From Azolla caroliniana (lineage: Eukaryota; Plantae; Polypodiophyta), in contig JBHGNT010000324.1 of the NCBI GenBank assembly GCA_043228905.1, positions 1 to 34,953 of the forward strand: a stretch of DNA of 34,953 nt. Direction: 5' to 3'. The notes beneath the pieces are model-generated. The model was not told the origin of the DNA. It did not search any database and worked only from the letters and a program-made list of their open reading frames with translations. Both the position numbers and the translations under genes were made by a program. Shown here in pieces: positions 9,383 to 23,152 of the stretch (position 1 is its first letter; the number at the start of each line of letters is the position of its first letter).

Positions 9383-10161
9383 TTCGACCTTTCATCGAAA
9401 AGCGAAGGGAACGAAGATCTCGCATGTGAAGACCACTTATTTCTCGTCATACTTCTTGATCGTCGTATTTTTCGTAGGATCTCTTGTCTCTTACCTTACC
9501 ATTATATTACTCGCCACATTACGGAGATGAGCTTAAATGGGTTTATCGGATAAAGGTATGCGGTGTGACGTATGCAATCCATAGAAAAGCATTCATGACC
9601 GTACAAATGACCTTCGAGAAGAGTTTTCGTCTCGAACTGTCAATCTCTGATGCGCAACGTTACCGTTCTCGTCTCATGATACCAACCGCTAGATTTCTTC
9701 CACTCGTACGTAAACTTGCATTGTTGAATCTCGAATACGCTACCTTCTATTAATTCTACCCTAACCAAATGAAGAGTATCGCGCATGCGACGTCTTAGTG
9801 GCGGCCTTCGTGTAGGTTGTTTCTAAATTTTAAACGACGTCATCCTTGTGGACGACTACATTCAAATGCACACCATACAACAACTAGGCGTCATCACATT
9901 CTCGCGTCTACTCGCTTGTATTCAAACTAGGCCGGACAGGAGCACGGCGAGCCTAAGCAAGAAAGGCATTGTTCATATGTTCCCTCGAGCGAGTGCGCAT
10001 TAAAAATATGTGAACGGCATCGTCGTGATCGATGATTACGTTCAAATGAGCGACTTTTATCCCTTCCCCAATCCACGCATGTATTGATTGCGCAACGTTA
10101 CCGAGCACTCTCGTTGTCATCGTTGTATTCCGATTCTCGAGAAGCGGAGCCTAATCCTAAT

Positions 10162-10234
10162 CGATCCTACTAGGGATCGAACCTAGAATCTCTGGTTTCG
10201 TAGACCAGCGCCTTATCCATTGGGCCATAGGATC
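10162..10234 (-). tRNA. trnR-ACG: tRNA-Arg(ACG), unit 9
   Basis: Copy of 714-786 at +1181n. Confidence 0.96.
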
Positions 10235-10490
10235 TTCGGTTTTCCGTTGGTAATTGTACTCCCATTGAGGATCGCGATTGACGCGCGGCACACTTTTGAC
10301 GAGGAATTTGTGCCGGATAAACCATTCCATTTCTTTTACCTATTAAACATCATCATCCTCGTAAATGAATGCAACCATTAAGCCAAAGCAGTGGATACAA
10401 GATCACATTTTCTGGACGGTTGAGACGAATGCGCATTATGATTCCGTGAATGATTCTCGATCGTCGTGCACTAGGGTCACGATTCTAAAC

Positions 10491-10563
10491 CGACCCTACT
10501 AGGGGTCGAACCTAGAATCTTTGGTTTCGAAGACCAACGCCTTATCCATTAGGCCATAGGATC
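10491..10563 (-). tRNA. trnR-TCG: tRNA-Arg(TCG), unit 9
   Basis: Copy of 1043-1115 at +1181n. Confidence 0.96.
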
Positions 10564-11342
10564 TTCGACCTTTCATCGAAAAGCGAAGGGAACGAAGATC
10601 TCGCATGTGAAGACCACTTATTTCTCGTCATACTTCTTGATCGTCGTATTTTTCGTAGGATCTCTTGTCTCTTACCTTACCATTATATTACTCGCCACAT
10701 TACGGAGATGAGCTTAAATGGGTTTATCGGATAAAGGTATGCGGTGTGACGTATGCAATCCATAGAAAAGCATTCATGACCGTACAAATGACCTTCGAGA
10801 AGAGTTTTCGTCTCGAACTGTCAATCTCTGATGCGCAACGTTACCGTTCTCGTCTCATGATACCAACCGCTAGATTTCTTCCACTCGTACGTAAACTTGC
10901 ATTGTTGAATCTCGAATACGCTACCTTCTATTAATTCTACCCTAACCAAATGAAGAGTATCGCGCATGCGACGTCTTAGTGGCGGCCTTCGTGTAGGTTG
11001 TTTCTAAATTTTAAACGACGTCATCCTTGTGGACGACTACATTCAAATGCACACCATACAACAACTAGGCGTCATCACATTCTCGCGTCTACTCGCTTGT
11101 ATTCAAACTAGGCCGGACAGGAGCACGGCGAGCCTAAGCAAGAAAGGCATTGTTCATATGTTCCCTCGAGCGAGTGCGCATTAAAAATATGTGAACGGCA
11201 TCGTCGTGATCGATGATTACGTTCAAATGAGCGACTTTTATCCCTTCCCCAATCCACGCATGTATTGATTGCGCAACGTTACCGAGCACTCTCGTTGTCA
11301 TCGTTGTATTCCGATTCTCGAGAAGCGGAGCCTAATCCTAAT

Positions 11343-11415
11343 CGATCCTACTAGGGATCGAACCTAGAATCTCTGGTTTCGTAGACCAGCGCCTTATCCA
11401 TTGGGCCATAGGATC
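11343..11415 (-). tRNA. trnR-ACG: tRNA-Arg(ACG), unit 10
   Basis: Copy of 714-786 at +1181n. Confidence 0.96.
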
Positions 11416-11671
11416 TTCGGTTTTCCGTTGGTAATTGTACTCCCATTGAGGATCGCGATTGACGCGCGGCACACTTTTGACGAGGAATTTGTGCCGGATA
11501 AACCATTCCATTTCTTTTACCTATTAAACATCATCATCCTCGTAAATGAATGCAACCATTAAGCCAAAGCAGTGGATACAAGATCACATTTTCTGGACGG
11601 TTGAGACGAATGCGCATTATGATTCCGTGAATGATTCTCGATCGTCGTGCACTAGGGTCACGATTCTAAAC

Positions 11672-11744
11672 CGACCCTACTAGGGGTCGAACCTAGAATC
11701 TTTGGTTTCGAAGACCAACGCCTTATCCATTAGGCCATAGGATC
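11672..11744 (-). tRNA. trnR-TCG: tRNA-Arg(TCG), unit 10
   Basis: Copy of 1043-1115 at +1181n. Confidence 0.96.
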
Positions 11745-12523
11745 TTCGACCTTTCATCGAAAAGCGAAGGGAACGAAGATCTCGCATGTGAAGACCACTT
11801 ATTTCTCGTCATACTTCTTGATCGTCGTATTTTTCGTAGGATCTCTTGTCTCTTACCTTACCATTATATTACTCGCCACATTACGGAGATGAGCTTAAAT
11901 GGGTTTATCGGATAAAGGTATGCGGTGTGACGTATGCAATCCATAGAAAAGCATTCATGACCGTACAAATGACCTTCGAGAAGAGTTTTCGTCTCGAACT
12001 GTCAATCTCTGATGCGCAACGTTACCGTTCTCGTCTCATGATACCAACCGCTAGATTTCTTCCACTCGTACGTAAACTTGCATTGTTGAATCTCGAATAC
12101 GCTACCTTCTATTAATTCTACCCTAACCAAATGAAGAGTATCGCGCATGCGACGTCTTAGTGGCGGCCTTCGTGTAGGTTGTTTCTAAATTTTAAACGAC
12201 GTCATCCTTGTGGACGACTACATTCAAATGCACACCATACAACAACTAGGCGTCATCACATTCTCGCGTCTACTCGCTTGTATTCAAACTAGGCCGGACA
12301 GGAGCACGGCGAGCCTAAGCAAGAAAGGCATTGTTCATATGTTCCCTCGAGCGAGTGCGCATTAAAAATATGTGAACGGCATCGTCGTGATCGATGATTA
12401 CGTTCAAATGAGCGACTTTTATCCCTTCCCCAATCCACGCATGTATTGATTGCGCAACGTTACCGAGCACTCTCGTTGTCATCGTTGTATTCCGATTCTC
12501 GAGAAGCGGAGCCTAATCCTAAT

Positions 12524-12596
12524 CGATCCTACTAGGGATCGAACCTAGAATCTCTGGTTTCGTAGACCAGCGCCTTATCCATTGGGCCATAGGATC
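12524..12596 (-). tRNA. trnR-ACG: tRNA-Arg(ACG), unit 11
   Basis: Copy of 714-786 at +1181n. Confidence 0.96.
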
Positions 12597-12852
12597 TTCG
12601 GTTTTCCGTTGGTAATTGTACTCCCATTGAGGATCGCGATTGACGCGCGGCACACTTTTGACGAGGAATTTGTGCCGGATAAACCATTCCATTTCTTTTA
12701 CCTATTAAACATCATCATCCTCGTAAATGAATGCAACCATTAAGCCAAAGCAGTGGATACAAGATCACATTTTCTGGACGGTTGAGACGAATGCGCATTA
12801 TGATTCCGTGAATGATTCTCGATCGTCGTGCACTAGGGTCACGATTCTAAAC

Positions 12853-12925
12853 CGACCCTACTAGGGGTCGAACCTAGAATCTTTGGTTTCGAAGACCAAC
12901 GCCTTATCCATTAGGCCATAGGATC
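12853..12925 (-). tRNA. trnR-TCG: tRNA-Arg(TCG), unit 11
   Basis: Copy of 1043-1115 at +1181n. Confidence 0.96.
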
Positions 12926-13704
12926 TTCGACCTTTCATCGAAAAGCGAAGGGAACGAAGATCTCGCATGTGAAGACCACTTATTTCTCGTCATACTTCTT
13001 GATCGTCGTATTTTTCGTAGGATCTCTTGTCTCTTACCTTACCATTATATTACTCGCCACATTACGGAGATGAGCTTAAATGGGTTTATCGGATAAAGGT
13101 ATGCGGTGTGACGTATGCAATCCATAGAAAAGCATTCATGACCGTACAAATGACCTTCGAGAAGAGTTTTCGTCTCGAACTGTCAATCTCTGATGCGCAA
13201 CGTTACCGTTCTCGTCTCATGATACCAACCGCTAGATTTCTTCCACTCGTACGTAAACTTGCATTGTTGAATCTCGAATACGCTACCTTCTATTAATTCT
13301 ACCCTAACCAAATGAAGAGTATCGCGCATGCGACGTCTTAGTGGCGGCCTTCGTGTAGGTTGTTTCTAAATTTTAAACGACGTCATCCTTGTGGACGACT
13401 ACATTCAAATGCACACCATACAACAACTAGGCGTCATCACATTCTCGCGTCTACTCGCTTGTATTCAAACTAGGCCGGACAGGAGCACGGCGAGCCTAAG
13501 CAAGAAAGGCATTGTTCATATGTTCCCTCGAGCGAGTGCGCATTAAAAATATGTGAACGGCATCGTCGTGATCGATGATTACGTTCAAATGAGCGACTTT
13601 TATCCCTTCCCCAATCCACGCATGTATTGATTGCGCAACGTTACCGAGCACTCTCGTTGTCATCGTTGTATTCCGATTCTCGAGAAGCGGAGCCTAATCC
13701 TAAT

Positions 13705-13777
13705 CGATCCTACTAGGGATCGAACCTAGAATCTCTGGTTTCGTAGACCAGCGCCTTATCCATTGGGCCATAGGATC
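13705..13777 (-). tRNA. trnR-ACG: tRNA-Arg(ACG), unit 12
   Basis: Copy of 714-786 at +1181n. Confidence 0.96.
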
Positions 13778-14033
13778 TTCGGTTTTCCGTTGGTAATTGT
13801 ACTCCCATTGAGGATCGCGATTGACGCGCGGCACACTTTTGACGAGGAATTTGTGCCGGATAAACCATTCCATTTCTTTTACCTATTAAACATCATCATC
13901 CTCGTAAATGAATGCAACCATTAAGCCAAAGCAGTGGATACAAGATCACATTTTCTGGACGGTTGAGACGAATGCGCATTATGATTCCGTGAATGATTCT
14001 CGATCGTCGTGCACTAGGGTCACGATTCTAAAC

Positions 14034-14106
14034 CGACCCTACTAGGGGTCGAACCTAGAATCTTTGGTTTCGAAGACCAACGCCTTATCCATTAGGCCAT
14101 AGGATC
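14034..14106 (-). tRNA. trnR-TCG: tRNA-Arg(TCG), unit 12
   Basis: Copy of 1043-1115 at +1181n. Confidence 0.96.
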
Positions 14107-14885
14107 TTCGACCTTTCATCGAAAAGCGAAGGGAACGAAGATCTCGCATGTGAAGACCACTTATTTCTCGTCATACTTCTTGATCGTCGTATTTTTCGTA
14201 GGATCTCTTGTCTCTTACCTTACCATTATATTACTCGCCACATTACGGAGATGAGCTTAAATGGGTTTATCGGATAAAGGTATGCGGTGTGACGTATGCA
14301 ATCCATAGAAAAGCATTCATGACCGTACAAATGACCTTCGAGAAGAGTTTTCGTCTCGAACTGTCAATCTCTGATGCGCAACGTTACCGTTCTCGTCTCA
14401 TGATACCAACCGCTAGATTTCTTCCACTCGTACGTAAACTTGCATTGTTGAATCTCGAATACGCTACCTTCTATTAATTCTACCCTAACCAAATGAAGAG
14501 TATCGCGCATGCGACGTCTTAGTGGCGGCCTTCGTGTAGGTTGTTTCTAAATTTTAAACGACGTCATCCTTGTGGACGACTACATTCAAATGCACACCAT
14601 ACAACAACTAGGCGTCATCACATTCTCGCGTCTACTCGCTTGTATTCAAACTAGGCCGGACAGGAGCACGGCGAGCCTAAGCAAGAAAGGCATTGTTCAT
14701 ATGTTCCCTCGAGCGAGTGCGCATTAAAAATATGTGAACGGCATCGTCGTGATCGATGATTACGTTCAAATGAGCGACTTTTATCCCTTCCCCAATCCAC
14801 GCATGTATTGATTGCGCAACGTTACCGAGCACTCTCGTTGTCATCGTTGTATTCCGATTCTCGAGAAGCGGAGCCTAATCCTAAT

Positions 14886-14958
14886 CGATCCTACTAGGGA
14901 TCGAACCTAGAATCTCTGGTTTCGTAGACCAGCGCCTTATCCATTGGGCCATAGGATC
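14886..14958 (-). tRNA. trnR-ACG: tRNA-Arg(ACG), unit 13
   Basis: Copy of 714-786 at +1181n. Confidence 0.96.
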
Positions 14959-15214
14959 TTCGGTTTTCCGTTGGTAATTGTACTCCCATTGAGGATCGCG
15001 ATTGACGCGCGGCACACTTTTGACGAGGAATTTGTGCCGGATAAACCATTCCATTTCTTTTACCTATTAAACATCATCATCCTCGTAAATGAATGCAACC
15101 ATTAAGCCAAAGCAGTGGATACAAGATCACATTTTCTGGACGGTTGAGACGAATGCGCATTATGATTCCGTGAATGATTCTCGATCGTCGTGCACTAGGG
15201 TCACGATTCTAAAC

Positions 15215-15287
15215 CGACCCTACTAGGGGTCGAACCTAGAATCTTTGGTTTCGAAGACCAACGCCTTATCCATTAGGCCATAGGATC
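15215..15287 (-). tRNA. trnR-TCG: tRNA-Arg(TCG), unit 13
   Basis: Copy of 1043-1115 at +1181n. Confidence 0.96.
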
Positions 15288-16066
15288 TTCGACCTTTCAT
15301 CGAAAAGCGAAGGGAACGAAGATCTCGCATGTGAAGACCACTTATTTCTCGTCATACTTCTTGATCGTCGTATTTTTCGTAGGATCTCTTGTCTCTTACC
15401 TTACCATTATATTACTCGCCACATTACGGAGATGAGCTTAAATGGGTTTATCGGATAAAGGTATGCGGTGTGACGTATGCAATCCATAGAAAAGCATTCA
15501 TGACCGTACAAATGACCTTCGAGAAGAGTTTTCGTCTCGAACTGTCAATCTCTGATGCGCAACGTTACCGTTCTCGTCTCATGATACCAACCGCTAGATT
15601 TCTTCCACTCGTACGTAAACTTGCATTGTTGAATCTCGAATACGCTACCTTCTATTAATTCTACCCTAACCAAATGAAGAGTATCGCGCATGCGACGTCT
15701 TAGTGGCGGCCTTCGTGTAGGTTGTTTCTAAATTTTAAACGACGTCATCCTTGTGGACGACTACATTCAAATGCACACCATACAACAACTAGGCGTCATC
15801 ACATTCTCGCGTCTACTCGCTTGTATTCAAACTAGGCCGGACAGGAGCACGGCGAGCCTAAGCAAGAAAGGCATTGTTCATATGTTCCCTCGAGCGAGTG
15901 CGCATTAAAAATATGTGAACGGCATCGTCGTGATCGATGATTACGTTCAAATGAGCGACTTTTATCCCTTCCCCAATCCACGCATGTATTGATTGCGCAA
16001 CGTTACCGAGCACTCTCGTTGTCATCGTTGTATTCCGATTCTCGAGAAGCGGAGCCTAATCCTAAT

Positions 16067-16139
16067 CGATCCTACTAGGGATCGAACCTAGAATCTCTGG
16101 TTTCGTAGACCAGCGCCTTATCCATTGGGCCATAGGATC
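16067..16139 (-). tRNA. trnR-ACG: tRNA-Arg(ACG), unit 14
   Basis: Copy of 714-786 at +1181n. Confidence 0.96.
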
Positions 16140-16395
16140 TTCGGTTTTCCGTTGGTAATTGTACTCCCATTGAGGATCGCGATTGACGCGCGGCACACTT
16201 TTGACGAGGAATTTGTGCCGGATAAACCATTCCATTTCTTTTACCTATTAAACATCATCATCCTCGTAAATGAATGCAACCATTAAGCCAAAGCAGTGGA
16301 TACAAGATCACATTTTCTGGACGGTTGAGACGAATGCGCATTATGATTCCGTGAATGATTCTCGATCGTCGTGCACTAGGGTCACGATTCTAAAC

Positions 16396-16468
16396 CGACC
16401 CTACTAGGGGTCGAACCTAGAATCTTTGGTTTCGAAGACCAACGCCTTATCCATTAGGCCATAGGATC
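16396..16468 (-). tRNA. trnR-TCG: tRNA-Arg(TCG), unit 14
   Basis: Copy of 1043-1115 at +1181n. Confidence 0.96.
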
Positions 16469-17247
16469 TTCGACCTTTCATCGAAAAGCGAAGGGAACGA
16501 AGATCTCGCATGTGAAGACCACTTATTTCTCGTCATACTTCTTGATCGTCGTATTTTTCGTAGGATCTCTTGTCTCTTACCTTACCATTATATTACTCGC
16601 CACATTACGGAGATGAGCTTAAATGGGTTTATCGGATAAAGGTATGCGGTGTGACGTATGCAATCCATAGAAAAGCATTCATGACCGTACAAATGACCTT
16701 CGAGAAGAGTTTTCGTCTCGAACTGTCAATCTCTGATGCGCAACGTTACCGTTCTCGTCTCATGATACCAACCGCTAGATTTCTTCCACTCGTACGTAAA
16801 CTTGCATTGTTGAATCTCGAATACGCTACCTTCTATTAATTCTACCCTAACCAAATGAAGAGTATCGCGCATGCGACGTCTTAGTGGCGGCCTTCGTGTA
16901 GGTTGTTTCTAAATTTTAAACGACGTCATCCTTGTGGACGACTACATTCAAATGCACACCATACAACAACTAGGCGTCATCACATTCTCGCGTCTACTCG
17001 CTTGTATTCAAACTAGGCCGGACAGGAGCACGGCGAGCCTAAGCAAGAAAGGCATTGTTCATATGTTCCCTCGAGCGAGTGCGCATTAAAAATATGTGAA
17101 CGGCATCGTCGTGATCGATGATTACGTTCAAATGAGCGACTTTTATCCCTTCCCCAATCCACGCATGTATTGATTGCGCAACGTTACCGAGCACTCTCGT
17201 TGTCATCGTTGTATTCCGATTCTCGAGAAGCGGAGCCTAATCCTAAT

Positions 17248-17320
17248 CGATCCTACTAGGGATCGAACCTAGAATCTCTGGTTTCGTAGACCAGCGCCTT
17301 ATCCATTGGGCCATAGGATC
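17248..17320 (-). tRNA. trnR-ACG: tRNA-Arg(ACG), unit 15
   Basis: Copy of 714-786 at +1181n. Confidence 0.96.
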
Positions 17321-17576
17321 TTCGGTTTTCCGTTGGTAATTGTACTCCCATTGAGGATCGCGATTGACGCGCGGCACACTTTTGACGAGGAATTTGTGCC
17401 GGATAAACCATTCCATTTCTTTTACCTATTAAACATCATCATCCTCGTAAATGAATGCAACCATTAAGCCAAAGCAGTGGATACAAGATCACATTTTCTG
17501 GACGGTTGAGACGAATGCGCATTATGATTCCGTGAATGATTCTCGATCGTCGTGCACTAGGGTCACGATTCTAAAC

Positions 17577-17649
17577 CGACCCTACTAGGGGTCGAACCTA
17601 GAATCTTTGGTTTCGAAGACCAACGCCTTATCCATTAGGCCATAGGATC
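17577..17649 (-). tRNA. trnR-TCG: tRNA-Arg(TCG), unit 15
   Basis: Copy of 1043-1115 at +1181n. Confidence 0.96.
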
Positions 17650-18428
17650 TTCGACCTTTCATCGAAAAGCGAAGGGAACGAAGATCTCGCATGTGAAGAC
17701 CACTTATTTCTCGTCATACTTCTTGATCGTCGTATTTTTCGTAGGATCTCTTGTCTCTTACCTTACCATTATATTACTCGCCACATTACGGAGATGAGCT
17801 TAAATGGGTTTATCGGATAAAGGTATGCGGTGTGACGTATGCAATCCATAGAAAAGCATTCATGACCGTACAAATGACCTTCGAGAAGAGTTTTCGTCTC
17901 GAACTGTCAATCTCTGATGCGCAACGTTACCGTTCTCGTCTCATGATACCAACCGCTAGATTTCTTCCACTCGTACGTAAACTTGCATTGTTGAATCTCG
18001 AATACGCTACCTTCTATTAATTCTACCCTAACCAAATGAAGAGTATCGCGCATGCGACGTCTTAGTGGCGGCCTTCGTGTAGGTTGTTTCTAAATTTTAA
18101 ACGACGTCATCCTTGTGGACGACTACATTCAAATGCACACCATACAACAACTAGGCGTCATCACATTCTCGCGTCTACTCGCTTGTATTCAAACTAGGCC
18201 GGACAGGAGCACGGCGAGCCTAAGCAAGAAAGGCATTGTTCATATGTTCCCTCGAGCGAGTGCGCATTAAAAATATGTGAACGGCATCGTCGTGATCGAT
18301 GATTACGTTCAAATGAGCGACTTTTATCCCTTCCCCAATCCACGCATGTATTGATTGCGCAACGTTACCGAGCACTCTCGTTGTCATCGTTGTATTCCGA
18401 TTCTCGAGAAGCGGAGCCTAATCCTAAT

Positions 18429-18501
18429 CGATCCTACTAGGGATCGAACCTAGAATCTCTGGTTTCGTAGACCAGCGCCTTATCCATTGGGCCATAGGAT
18501 C
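18429..18501 (-). tRNA. trnR-ACG: tRNA-Arg(ACG), unit 16
   Basis: Copy of 714-786 at +1181n. Confidence 0.96.
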
Positions 18502-18757
18502 TTCGGTTTTCCGTTGGTAATTGTACTCCCATTGAGGATCGCGATTGACGCGCGGCACACTTTTGACGAGGAATTTGTGCCGGATAAACCATTCCATTTC
18601 TTTTACCTATTAAACATCATCATCCTCGTAAATGAATGCAACCATTAAGCCAAAACAGTGGATACAAGATCACATTTTCTGGACGGTTGAGACGAATGCG
18701 CATTATGATTCCGTGAATGATTCTCGATCGTCGTGCACTAGGGTCACGATTCTAAAC

Positions 18758-18830
18758 CGACCCTACTAGGGGTCGAACCTAGAATCTTTGGTTTCGAAGA
18801 CCAACGCCTTATCCATTAGGCCATAGGATC
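18758..18830 (-). tRNA. trnR-TCG: tRNA-Arg(TCG), unit 16
   Basis: Copy of 1043-1115 at +1181n. Confidence 0.96.
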
Positions 18831-19609
18831 TTCGACCTTTCATCGAAAAGCGAAGGGAACGAAGATCTCGCATGTGAAGACCACTTATTTCTCGTCATAC
18901 TTCTTGATCGTCGTATTTTTCGTAGGATCTCTTGTCTCTTACCTTACCATTATATTACTCGCCACATTACGGAGATGAGCTTAAATGGGTTTATCGGATA
19001 AAGGTATGCGGTGTGACGTATGCAATCCATAGAAAAGCATTCATGACCGTACAAATGACCTTCGAGAAGAGTTTTCGTCTCGAACTGTCAATCTCTGATG
19101 CGCAACGTTACCGTTCTCGTCTCATGATACCAACCGCTAGATTTCTTCCACTCGTACGTAAACTTGCATTGTTGAATCTCGAATACGCTACCTTCTATTA
19201 ATTCTACCCTAACCAAATGAAGAGTATCGCGCATGCGACGTCTTAGTGGCGGCCTTCGTGTAGGTTGTTTCTAAATTTTAAACGACGTCATCCTTGTGGA
19301 CGACTACATTCAAATGCACACCATACAACAACTAGGCGTCATCACATTCTCGCGTCTACTCGCTTGTATTCAAACTAGGCCGGACAGGAGCACGGCGAGC
19401 CTAAGCAAGAAAGGCATTGTTCATATGTTCCCTCGAGCGAGTGCGCATTAAAAATATGTGAACGGCATCGTCGTGATCGATGATTACGTTCAAATGAGCG
19501 ACTTTTATCCCTTCCCCAATCCACGCATGTATTGATTGCGCAACGTTACCGAGCACTCTCGTTGTCATCGTTGTATTCCGATTCTCGAGAAGCGGAGCCT
19601 AATCCTAAT

Positions 19610-19682
19610 CGATCCTACTAGGGATCGAACCTAGAATCTCTGGTTTCGTAGACCAGCGCCTTATCCATTGGGCCATAGGATC
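19610..19682 (-). tRNA. trnR-ACG: tRNA-Arg(ACG), unit 17
   Basis: Copy of 714-786 at +1181n. Confidence 0.96.
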
Positions 19683-19938
19683 TTCGGTTTTCCGTTGGTA
19701 ATTGTACTCCCATTGAGGATCGCGATTGACGCGCGGCACACTTTTGACGAGGAATTTGTGCCGGATAAACCATTCCATTTCTTTTACCTATTAAACATCA
19801 TCATCCTCGTAAATGAATGCAACCATTAAGCCAAAGCAGTGGATACAAGATCACATTTTCTGGACGGTTGAGACGAATGCGCATTATGATTCCGTGAATG
19901 ATTCTCGATCGTCGTGCACTAGGGTCACGATTCTAAAC

Positions 19939-20011
19939 CGACCCTACTAGGGGTCGAACCTAGAATCTTTGGTTTCGAAGACCAACGCCTTATCCATTAG
20001 GCCATAGGATC
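19939..20011 (-). tRNA. trnR-TCG: tRNA-Arg(TCG), unit 17
   Basis: Copy of 1043-1115 at +1181n. Confidence 0.96.
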
Positions 20012-20790
20012 TTCGACCTTTCATCGAAAAGCGAAGGGAACGAAGATCTCGCATGTGAAGACCACTTATTTCTCGTCATACTTCTTGATCGTCGTATTTT
20101 TCGTAGGATCTCTTGTCTCTTACCTTACCATTATATTACTCGCCACATTACGGAGATGAGCTTAAATGGGTTTATCGGATAAAGGTATGCGGTGTGACGT
20201 ATGCAATCCATAGAAAAGCATTCATGACCGTACAAATGACCTTCGAGAAGAGTTTTCGTCTCGAACTGTCAATCTCTGATGCGCAACGTTACCGTTCTCG
20301 TCTCATGATACCAACCGCTAGATTTCTTCCACTCGTACGTAAACTTGCATTGTTGAATCTCGAATACGCTACCTTCTATTAATTCTACCCTAACCAAATG
20401 AAGAGTATCGCGCATGCGACGTCTTAGTGGCGGCCTTCGTGTAGGTTGTTTCTAAATTTTAAACGACGTCATCCTTGTGGACGACTACATTCAAATGCAC
20501 ACCATACAACAACTAGGCGTCATCACATTCTCGCGTCTACTCGCTTGTATTCAAACTAGGCCGGACAGGAGCACGGCGAGCCTAAGCAAGAAAGGCATTG
20601 TTCATATGTTCCCTCGAGCGAGTGCGCATTAAAAATATGTGAACGGCATCGTCGTGATCGATGATTACGTTCAAATGAGCGACTTTTATCCCTTCCCCAA
20701 TCCACGCATGTATTGATTGCGCAACGTTACCGAGCACTCTCGTTGTCATCGTTGTATTCCGATTCTCGAGAAGCGGAGCCTAATCCTAAT

Positions 20791-20863
20791 CGATCCTACT
20801 AGGGATCGAACCTAGAATCTCTGGTTTCGTAGACCAGCGCCTTATCCATTGGGCCATAGGATC
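20791..20863 (-). tRNA. trnR-ACG: tRNA-Arg(ACG), unit 18
   Basis: Copy of 714-786 at +1181n. Confidence 0.96.
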
Positions 20864-21119
20864 TTCGGTTTTCCGTTGGTAATTGTACTCCCATTGAGGA
20901 TCGCGATTGACGCGCGGCACACTTTTGACGAGGAATTTGTGCCGGATAAACCATTCCATTTCTTTTACCTATTAAACATCATCATCCTCGTAAATGAATG
21001 CAACCATTAAGCCAAAACAGTGGATACAAGATCACATTTTCTGGACGGTTGAGACGAATGCGCATTATGATTCCGTGAATGATTCTCGATCGTCGTGCAC
21101 TAGGGTCACGATTCTAAAC

Positions 21120-21192
21120 CGACCCTACTAGGGGTCGAACCTAGAATCTTTGGTTTCGAAGACCAACGCCTTATCCATTAGGCCATAGGATC
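21120..21192 (-). tRNA. trnR-TCG: tRNA-Arg(TCG), unit 18
   Basis: Copy of 1043-1115 at +1181n. Confidence 0.96.
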
Positions 21193-21971
21193 TTCGACCT
21201 TTCATCGAAAAGCGAAGGGAACGAAGATCTCGCATGTGAAGACCACTTATTTCTCGTCATACTTCTTGATCGTCGTATTTTTCGTAGGATCTCTTGTCTC
21301 TTACCTTACCATTATATTACTCGCCACATTACGGAGATGAGCTTAAATGGGTTTATCGGATAAAGGTATGCGGTGTGACGTATGCAATCCATAGAAAAGC
21401 ATTCATGACCGTACAAATGACCTTCGAGAAGAGTTTTCGTCTCGAACTGTCAATCTCTGATGCGCAACGTTACCGTTCTCGTCTCATGATACCAACCGCT
21501 AGATTTCTTCCACTCGTACGTAAACTTGCATTGTTGAATCTCGAATACGCTACCTTCTATTAATTCTACCCTAACCAAATGAAGAGTATCGCGCATGCGA
21601 CGTCTTAGTGGCGGCCTTCGTGTAGGTTGTTTCTAAATTTTAAACGACGTCATCCTTGTGGACGACTACATTCAAATGCACACCATACAACAACTAGGCG
21701 TCATCACATTCTCGCGTCTACTCGCTTGTATTCAAACTAGGCCGGACAGGAGCACGGCGAGCCTAAGCAAGAAAGGCATTGTTCATATGTTCCCTCGAGC
21801 GAGTGCGCATTAAAAATATGTGAACGGCATCGTCGTGATCGATGATTACGTTCAAATGAGCGACTTTTATCCCTTCCCCAATCCACGCATGTATTGATTG
21901 CGCAACGTTACCGAGCACTCTCGTTGTCATCGTTGTATTCCGATTCTCGAGAAGCGGAGCCTAATCCTAAT

Positions 21972-22044
21972 CGATCCTACTAGGGATCGAACCTAGAATC
22001 TCTGGTTTCGTAGACCAGCGCCTTATCCATTGGGCCATAGGATC
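21972..22044 (-). tRNA. trnR-ACG: tRNA-Arg(ACG), unit 19
   Basis: Copy of 714-786 at +1181n. Confidence 0.96.
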
Positions 22045-22300
22045 TTCGGTTTTCCGTTGGTAATTGTACTCCCATTGAGGATCGCGATTGACGCGCGGCA
22101 CACTTTTGACGAGGAATTTGTGCCGGATAAACCATTCCATTTCTTTTACCTATTAAACATCATCATCCTCGTAAATGAATGCAACCATTAAGCCAAAGCA
22201 GTGGATACAAGATCACATTTTCTGGACGGTTGAGACGAATGCGCATTATGATTCCGTGAATGATTCTCGATCGTCGTGCACTAGGGTCACGATTCTAAAC

Positions 22301-22373
22301 CGACCCTACTAGGGGTCGAACCTAGAATCTTTGGTTTCGAAGACCAACGCCTTATCCATTAGGCCATAGGATC
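22301..22373 (-). tRNA. trnR-TCG: tRNA-Arg(TCG), unit 19
   Basis: Copy of 1043-1115 at +1181n. Confidence 0.96.
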
Positions 22374-23152
22374 TTCGACCTTTCATCGAAAAGCGAAGGG
22401 AACGAAGATCTCGCATGTGAAGACCACTTATTTCTCGTCATACTTCTTGATCGTCGTATTTTTCGTAGGATCTCTTGTCTCTTACCTTACCATTATATTA
22501 CTCGCCACATTACGGAGATGAGCTTAAATGGGTTTATCGGATAAAGGTATGCGGTGTGACGTATGCAATCCATAGAAAAGCATTCATGACCGTACAAATG
22601 ACCTTCGAGAAGAGTTTTCGTCTCGAACTGTCAATCTCTGATGCGCAACGTTACCGTTCTCGTCTCATGATACCAACCGCTAGATTTCTTCCACTCGTAC
22701 GTAAACTTGCATTGTTGAATCTCGAATACGCTACCTTCTATTAATTCTACCCTAACCAAATGAAGAGTATCGCGCATGCGACGTCTTAGTGGCGGCCTTC
22801 GTGTAGGTTGTTTCTAAATTTTAAACGACGTCATCCTTGTGGACGACTACATTCAAATGCACACCATACAACAACTAGGCGTCATCACATTCTCGCGTCT
22901 ACTCGCTTGTATTCAAACTAGGCCGGACAGGAGCACGGCGAGCCTAAGCAAGAAAGGCATTGTTCATATGTTCCCTCGAGCGAGTGCGCATTAAAAATAT
23001 GTGAACGGCATCGTCGTGATCGATGATTACGTTCAAATGAGCGACTTTTATCCCTTCCCCAATCCACGCATGTATTGATTGCGCAACGTTACCGAGCACT
23101 CTCGTTGTCATCGTTGTATTCCGATTCTCGAGAAGCGGAGCCTAATCCTAAT

